64,000 nucleotides of DNA from Bacteroidia bacterium (GTDB lineage: Bacteria > Bacteroidota > Bacteroidia > Flavobacteriales_D > JAUILH01). The stretch lies in the NCBI GenBank assembly GCA_030433115.1, contig JAUILH010000006.1, forward strand, positions 1,691 through 65,690. Reading direction: 5' to 3'. The position numbers and the translations under genes are program-made. Numbering within the stretch: the first letter of the stretch is position 1; every line of letters begins with the position of its first letter. This document shows, piece by piece, positions 48,701 to 57,700 of the stretch. The notes beneath the pieces are model-generated. The model ran no database searches, had not been told where the DNA came from, and saw only the letters and a program-made list of their open reading frames with translations.

Positions 48701-51700
48701 ATACGACCCATTCGTGACCAGTGGAAATTTTGGTGCCTATGCCAGTGCGTTAGAGACCAAATACGATACCTATGTATCCGGCAGTCCATCTTACAGTATG
48801 ATAGAAATGGCTGCGGCTACAGTGCGCTGTGGAACAGTTAGCGGATTGGGAGGAAGCTGCACAGATTTTGGAAAAGACATTGCTGGTTATACGGCAGCAG
48901 AGAATGACAGTATTCGTGACCTTGAATGGCAAACTTTCAAAGCCATGTATCAGGGCGAAAAACGAACTCAGCAAAATGGATATGCACATGAAGACGCCAT
49001 TGCCAACAAATGCTATAACGGGTGTATTGGACAGGTGCCATTCCATATCCACGCCAATGGCTTTTACGGATCTCCAGGAAACGGTTGGCTCAACAATGCT
49101 TTTTACGACAATGACCAACCGTGTTCTGTAAGCAACTATCATTTGTACAAAACCAAAGCCAAGCGCTTTCCTGATACAGAAGATATTCCCGGATATAATT
49201 CTAATGCAAGCAATCAAACCAACTACAATACAGCATCAAGTGAAAGTTTTATGCAAACCGGAGTGTGTCCAACCGCAACAAACCTTGAACAGTTTTTAAC
49301 TGAACTATCTGCACACGATACTTTAACAGACAATCATCAACTTATTGGGGCATATGGTACTTGGGCTGGCTTATATTATTCGATTTATGGATTTGATAAT
49401 CCAGCACCTCAAGTGTACTGGGACACCCTCTCTTCTGATTTAACTCTGGATGTGACTCTATTAGACTCTACAACTTCAGATACGCTTTGTAAGATGGGTC
49501 TGGATGCTACCGGAGTACTTACAGATTGGGATGATGTGCAGGCCTTCACAAACATTAATCCAACCGGATTCGATGGCGATTACTATAATTTCACAGTCAT
49601 TGTTGAACATGATAGCAGTGGTACCACCTTGTATGATACAATTCCGGGCTACACGTGTATGAACATAGAGTGTTGTTTGTTTGAAACACCTTGCTCTGCA
49701 AACCAGTTGGCTGCTGACTTACAGAATTTGATGTCTGCTCTGGCTTCAGATGATGAACTGCAGTCAATAAGTTTTGCTTATGGTCTGGATAATGACTATG
49801 CTAACACGGAAAGCCTTGTGATCAATAATCATGTGTCCGGTTCGCACAGTACTTTAAAGTGGGATTACAACTCATCCGATGACATATATGAAATAAGAAG
49901 TGCAAATGATACGCTTTGCCTGGAGATAACAGGTAAAACCCCTTCGTCATTTAGTAACTACACGGACATTTGGTATTTCGACAATTTTTTGAGTGCTACA
50001 GAACACTACTTTACTGTAGAAGGTTACGATTCAACGGGAACTTTGTTGGTGACACTAGAGGGACAAGCATTCGTAAAAACGGCTACTGATACTATACCTG
50101 TTTCTTTGGGAGATTGTGATCTAAAATCAATCCAATGTGCTACAGTGGCTCATGGAATACGAGAAGATTTAGAGAACTTACTTCATGAAAGTTTATTGGC
50201 GAATCCATTTTCGAGTAACATCAACTTTTATAACAGTATTTATATCACTGATAATTTTAGTGATGCCTTTGGCTTCAATGCGGCTGAGTCTTCCAGCAGC
50301 GAAGACACGATTACCGTGGATTCTGTTTTCTATGATAGTCTGCATATTGCTTTGACTCCTTCCGGAGAAGGAAGAACAGACACGCTGTGTAATTTATATC
50401 TATCAATCTCTTCTGATACTGCACAACACCTTCAATTTGAAGATTTAACGAACCTGGGCCCCCTGGTGGCAACAGGCACTCCCGGTTTTGATGGCAACTT
50501 CTATGACTTCTACATGTTGGCGGACTTTAGCTACATGATTGGAGAGACCATTTATACCGCTTCAGATACGGTTTGGGGAAGCTCAGCTTGTTTATCGCTT
50601 CAAAACTGTGACCTGTGCGATTCGGTGGTAAGTCCACCGGATACGATCATCTATCCTAATGAAGACGCTGTGCTCATGACCCAAAGTCAGAGCAAGGACT
50701 GCGAATCAGATCACGGAACTTACTTACAGGCAATTACAACATACAACACCTACGTAACGAATAACAGCCTAAACTGGCCTGAGGCGGATACCACTTACAC
50801 CCAGTCCGAAATGACTTTCCTCAATTATTGTGGATGTGTAGATCGCTTTGATAAATATGTGAGCAGCCTAACGGATGGTTTTGGAGAAGACCCCGATAGT
50901 GCCGACATAGTGCCCTATTTGGATCTTGCAGCACATTGTCCAAAACCGCCTTGTCAACCTTACATTCCAGTAACAGACACCATAGAGAATATTTATGTGG
51001 ATTATGTCAATCCTTGTGTGGAGGACCTCATGAACACCGCCATGTTAAATGCTGAGATAGCCTACCAAAATTACCTGGATAGCATGGCTTCTATTGCAGC
51101 AGATCAATACCAAACCCACTGTATAGGGGCTGTCGAAAACCTGAATGCCAGCTTTTCAGACAAGGAATACCACTTCACGCTGTATTATTACGATCAGGCA
51201 GGAAACCTGGTAAAAACGGTTCCACCAGAAGGCGTTCAGCTCCTTGACGACTTAACGGCCGATGGAGACAGCTTGTCTCAATTAATTGCTAACGACAGGT
51301 TTTATGGCACGCATTCCATATACACTTCCCATAGGTTAGCCACTACTTACACCTATAATTCATTAAACCAATTGGTTAAACAAAGCCTGCCAGATCACAA
51401 TAAAATGGATGTTTTTGACATGTCTTTGAGCAGTGGTTTGGACAATGGTATGACCATCGAAAGTGTACAGTTCGTGAACTCAGCAAGAGGTTACTTGGCG
51501 GGCTGGAAAATTGAGGGCAATGATACGCTCGGCTTAGCTTACAAATCTGATGATGGGGGTAAAACCTGGCAAAGATTGCGTAACACAGTAGCAGAAGATT
51601 TAAATAAAGTGAACAGCTTCAATGATGTGGCATATGCCGTTGGAAACAGAGGTGTTTTGCTGAAGTCTTCTGATGCCGGTATGTCGTGGAACATGATTGA

Positions 51701-54700
51701 CTTGTATGGACTCAATGTGACTGAAGATTTGAATGATGTGGCTTTGTCAAGCACCACAAGCGGATTGATTGTTGGAGATGGTGGCAGGTTAATCAGTCTT
51801 CAAAGTAGCGGTCTGTCTTCTATTTCTCCCACTGTTACCAACGCGAGTTATCCAATTAACTCGGATGATGATGTGCTATCAGTTAAGCGTATTGGAACAA
51901 CCTATTACATCTCGGTATGGCATACACCGGCAAGCGGAGACGGCTTTGGACTCATGTACAAAAGTGCAGACACTACCGGCAACCACTGGATTCCATTAAT
52001 TGATGTGCAAGGACCTGGTTACAACGACATAGATTTTGTAGACGCTAATACCGCATACGCTGTTGGAGACCAGGGGAGCGTTTACCAAACCATAGATGCG
52101 GGCGACAATTGGTATGTAGTTGACAACTATTTAACCGATAATTTGTCAAAAGTCTTTTTTATGGATGCCAACAACGGAATTGTATTGGCAGACAGTTTGG
52201 CTTCTTACGGCAAGCTAATGGCAACCAACGATGGTGGCAACACCTGGTACAGATTAAACACTTATGGCCAGTATTACAGCAATTTCCATGTGTATTATGA
52301 GGATGGTTCTTATGGTGCCAAATTGGCTTTGGTTGGTCCTGATGCTGCAGTGGCCAGACTCATCATGCAGAACAATACAGGCTTTGGTGTGATTCCTCTC
52401 GATGATATTTCTGCCTCAGTTGATTTTACAGGTGTTTGGGCAAAAGAATCGAACAACAAACTATTCTTAATGGCGGCAGGAAATGCAGCGAACATTTATT
52501 TCACCAGAGATGCAGAAGCTTCTGTTACGCCATGGTCATCAGACAACGTAGGGGTGTCAAATATTGTTGAGATCAAAGCTGATTCAGTAAGTGCCGTATT
52601 TACCGGAACAGCTATGGATAACAACGGAAAATTGTATGGTTTTACGCTGGATGCAGATCCCGGCACTACCAGTAATACATTTACCTGGGGCGCCTTTACA
52701 ACACCAACAGCGGGTAACCAGGAGTTTTCTGCCCTCGAGAACGATCCCGATAATAGCAGATTGCTTGCCTACAATCAACAAGACAATAAACTGTATACCA
52801 TCTCTCCTTCTGGTGCCAGTTTGGTAACAAGTGCTTCAGACAATGGTGTGGTAACGGCTGGTCTGGCGTCATTGGATCAATATACCGCCATTGCTGTTGA
52901 TGAAAACGGAAGCGGGCTGGTAAGTGGTCCAACAGGTTATTTAACACACGCTTCTGAGTCGGCTGGAAGCTATACCTGGTCAGAGCAAAAAACAAACATT
53001 CGTCCACAAGCCATTAACGACATGGCACTGGTTGAAAATGATCAGTTATGGGCCGTTGGAGAACGCGCAACTCTGTTAAGGCATGATACCACATCAAATG
53101 CTCTTTATCTCCAGCTTGCGGAAACTAAAGACAACTGGAATGCCATAGCCTACTCCGGTGTGGACTCAAGTATCGTAGTAGGAGATAGTGGGGCCATTCT
53201 AAGAGTTTACCGTTCGGGAGGCAATTTTGCTTTCACAAACATTGCTTCAAACACAACTTCAGATTTATATGATGTGGTAGTGGATGCCAGTACTTACACG
53301 GCTTATGTTGCCGGAGAAGGGAACCAAACCAGGATGACCTCTAATAACCTCAATACTGCTACGCCGAGCTTCAGTGTGATGTTTGGAACAGCCTTAAACA
53401 ATACCGGGCTCTCTTTATTTGTTGGAGCGAATAGCCGCATCAATTTTGGAGCCGGGCAGTCTGTAGTGCCCACATGGCAGGTATTCCCACACGCCTTAAC
53501 CGATCTGCATTTTTCAAATGCCCAAAACGGCTATGTAATTGGCGATCATTATACCGTGAGATATACAAACGATGGCGGACAAACCTGGCAATCTGTAATT
53601 CCTGACAATGGCTTTGGGTCCGGAGTACCAGAGCTCAATACCGTGTGGAATACATCTGCGGCAACCGCTTATGTAGGTGGAAACGACAATTATATCGCTA
53701 CAACAAACGGTACAGAATCTACCGAATCAGGCATTACCTTGCCGGGTGGTTATGGTGCCGGAATTGACTTCAATGACATCACCTTTGTTGACAGTGATAC
53801 TGCCTTCATGGTAGGGGGAGATACTGATGGACAAGCCTTAATATCTGTGGATGGAGGTGCTAATTGGACCAGCGTTTCGGGAGCTATTGGAGAAGTCCTC
53901 CACACGGTACATGGTTTCACCAGAAACAACACATTTATTGCAGGTGGAGAGAATGGTCAGGTAGCCTATTTCGATGGAACCAGCATGCTTGAATCGGGCT
54001 ACCAACCAGTTGCCAGCTTCACAGGAACCATCAACGACATTTATTTCCATGATGACATTACAGGTTATTTGGTGGGAGATAATGGAGAAATTCACCGATC
54101 AATAAACGGAAGCCTCAACACCAATGGACTATTAAGTAGTATTAATTGGCTTGAAAAAGGGACAAATGATGGCGGCTTGCTCAACCAAACCACGGAAGGT
54201 GACAAGAATATTAATGCCATTGATTTTGCCGAGCGATTTAACGGGTTTATTGGAGGAAGCTATGCCAGCGGTTCACCAGACGTGTATGCCAGATTACTTA
54301 ACGATGAAAGCAATGAATATTCTACCTATTTCTGGTATGATAAACTGGGCAGAATAGTGGTGTCTCAAAACAGCAGACAGTTTAACGCAGACACCGTTCG
54401 CTACAGTTATACCAGATACGATGAGCTTGGAAGAGTTGTGGAGGCAGGTGAAAAATTAGAAAACACCACAGACACTGTCTTCACAAGTATTTTTGGGGAA
54501 GTCATCAACGGACATTACAACCCCAATGTCATCAACGATACCTTGTTGTCTGCCTGGATTGAAGCCCCATCCGGCAGAAGACAGGAAGTGACCCATAGTT
54601 ACTATGATGTTGCCATTAATGCTCTATCGGACACCTTGCCATCAGGGTTTGCTCAGAACAACTTGAGAAAGAGAATTGCCACTGTGATGTACGAAAAAGT

Positions 54701-57700
54701 GCTGGACAACGACACCACTACCTACGACCACGCGACACACTACAGTTACGACATTCATGGCAACGTGGAGACCTTGATTCAAGACAACAGAAACTCCGGC
54801 ATTGCGGCTCAACGTTTTAAACGCATGGATTATGAGTACGATTTGATTTCGGGTAATGTCCATAAAGTGGCGTATCAGGCCGACTCTGCGGATGCCTGGT
54901 ACCACAAGTACGACTATGATGCTGATAACCGCATTTTACATGCTTATACCTCAATAGACGACATCAACTACGACATGGACGCCAAGTACATTTACTACGA
55001 CCATGGTCCGCTTGCCAGAGTTGAACTGGGTGAAAATAATGTGCAGGGAATGGATTATGCCTACACACTTCAAGGTTGGTTAAAAGCAGTGAATAGCGAT
55101 AAATTAAATCCGCTGAACGACATAGGGCATGATGGTCATTTGCTAGACACCACCAATGTGAATGGAAGCTTTGCCGTAGACGCCATGGGTTACTCCTTGA
55201 GCTATTACCAGGGAGACTATGCCAGCATAGATACGGCAGTTTGGCAGGACACGGCTACCAGATTCTTATCGGCAACCAACCATGCCGCATACATGCACGA
55301 CAGAAAAGACCTTTACAATGGCAATATTGGGAGCATGATTACCACCATTGCTTATGAAACCAACATCAATACACCATTGGAGTTTGGTATGGATGTGAGG
55401 CCACAGGCTACTGCATACAGGTACGATCAATTGAACCGATTATCATCGGCAAAAGCTTACAACAACTTCTGTTCAACCAATAACAAATGGATAGAAACAC
55501 ACGCCTACAAAGGGTTATACGAAAACCGGTTTACCTATGAAGCCAATGGAAACATCCTCACACAACTGAGACGTGACTACAGAACTAAGACCATCGATAG
55601 CCTGAACTACGAATACGCCAGAAATGCCGAAGGGCAACTCGTTCAAAACAGATTATACCATGTGGATGATGCTGTGTTGCCAGGCGACTTTTCAGACGAC
55701 ATAGATGACATGGGCACTTTTGAGGACAATGTGAACCTGATTAACAATGGTAGCAACAACTACCGTTACGACGACATAGGCCAGCTCATACAAGACAGTC
55801 AGGAGGGCATAGACACCATTATTTGGCGCGTAGATGGAAAAATTAAAGCCATTTACAGAACAGCATCTGCTGGGAAGTCAGACAAGAAAAGTTTGACCTT
55901 TGATTATGATGCCATGGGCAACCGCATTGCCAAACATGTGTACTCAACCGACACGGCAGACGGCGGACCAGATAGTTGGATGAAATCCGTATACTACAGC
56001 AGAGATGCGCAAGGCAATGTAATGAGTGTTTACGAATACAAAGAAGATCCGCTCACCGCAGCAGTCAACTACACACTCACGGAAAGAGATATCTACGGCT
56101 CATCTAGAGTAGGGCTTCACAAAGAAAGCATTGAAATGATTGGAGCCACAACAGATGCAACAAACGCCTACCACAGAATAGGTGACAAAAACTATGAACT
56201 GAGCAACCACCTGGGCAATGTCCTGGCTACGGTGAGTGATAAGAAGATCAACACCTATCAATTGAACATTTTGGAACGCTTCAATACCACAGCAGACTCT
56301 ACTGAATTTGACCAATGGGAGCTTCTTGGAAGCGCCACTAAGAATATTGACAATGGGTATTTGGAAGTGATTCCTGGCGCTAAGGGAGATGGTGTTAAAC
56401 GTTTCCTAAAGACCAGAAAAGGGAAAGCCTACGAGTTTTCTATGGATCATGGTTTCCCTAATTCTACTGACTTGACATTGATTCAGATTTATGATATGGT
56501 ATCAGGAGATACGATTCACGCAATCAGACGAATTAATAGTCCCAGTTCTAAGGCATATTGTGCAGACTTTATCGCGCTTAGCGACAGTACAGAGATCTAC
56601 ATAACTGCCAACACCAGTGCGTTTACTTTCAATTTCGACAACTTCTATTTGAGACGACGAAACCTCAATGATTTAAGATACCATATAGACAGGTTTGAAG
56701 ACAGCACAGATATTTGCAAATGGTCGTATGGCGGAACGGTGGCACAAACTCTGGATACAGGATGGCTTAAAGTTGAAGTAGACAATCAATATGAGGCCAC
56801 AGGCAGATGGTTTACAACCGTTCCCGGACATACTTACAACATTGACTTTGATTTGGATTTGGGAACCTGCACAGAAGTGGAGGTAAGGCCTGAAGATTTC
56901 ACCAACTTCCCCCATACTAATTTAACAGGCTATTCATATACCACTGGTGGGCATAAAAGCTTCTGGTTTGTTGCAACAGGTCGTACTCATAGACTCCGCT
57001 TTCATAAACTTGGCAACCATGGCAGCACCACGCATTATTTCTTAGACAATGTTGAAATTAGAGATAATAATTATTACCCATACTGCGAAGGCGTCTTTGC
57101 CACAGAGTTTACAGAGTCAGACCCGGATGATTTGGCAGACACCGTGAACTGGACGGCCGTTAACGGAGCGAGCTTTGAGTTGGAGGATGATAAGTTGCAG
57201 GTGAGTACAGATGCTATTGATGAAGGAATAGAGCGCGTTTTTGTCGTGAACAGGGGGCGCCCACATAAATTGAAGCTATTCTTTGCATCAGACTTTGCCT
57301 CTGCATCTATGTTAGTGCGTATTTATGATGCCAATACTGGAACATACCTGGCTCGCGGATCTTATACCAATGGTGTTCCGGAGAGGCCTATTTCTTTTTA
57401 TCCTGCTGCAGATTCAATCAGAATAGAAATTGTAGCCACGAACGCAAGCTCTTTTGATTGGACAGTAGACAACTTTGAACTTGTAGAACGAGACTATATG
57501 CCTATAGTGGCCGACTTTGAACCCAATCCAAAATCAGCTGAAGAGCTTACCGACTGGCATGTGAATTTGGGCTATTTAACAGCCACCCCAGATGAGGGAA
57601 GAATTAAAGTTGAGACTGAATACACCAATCAAACCTTCGCCAGAATTTTTTGGTGTAAACCATACCACACCTACCGTGTAAAGTTTAATATGGATAAGGG

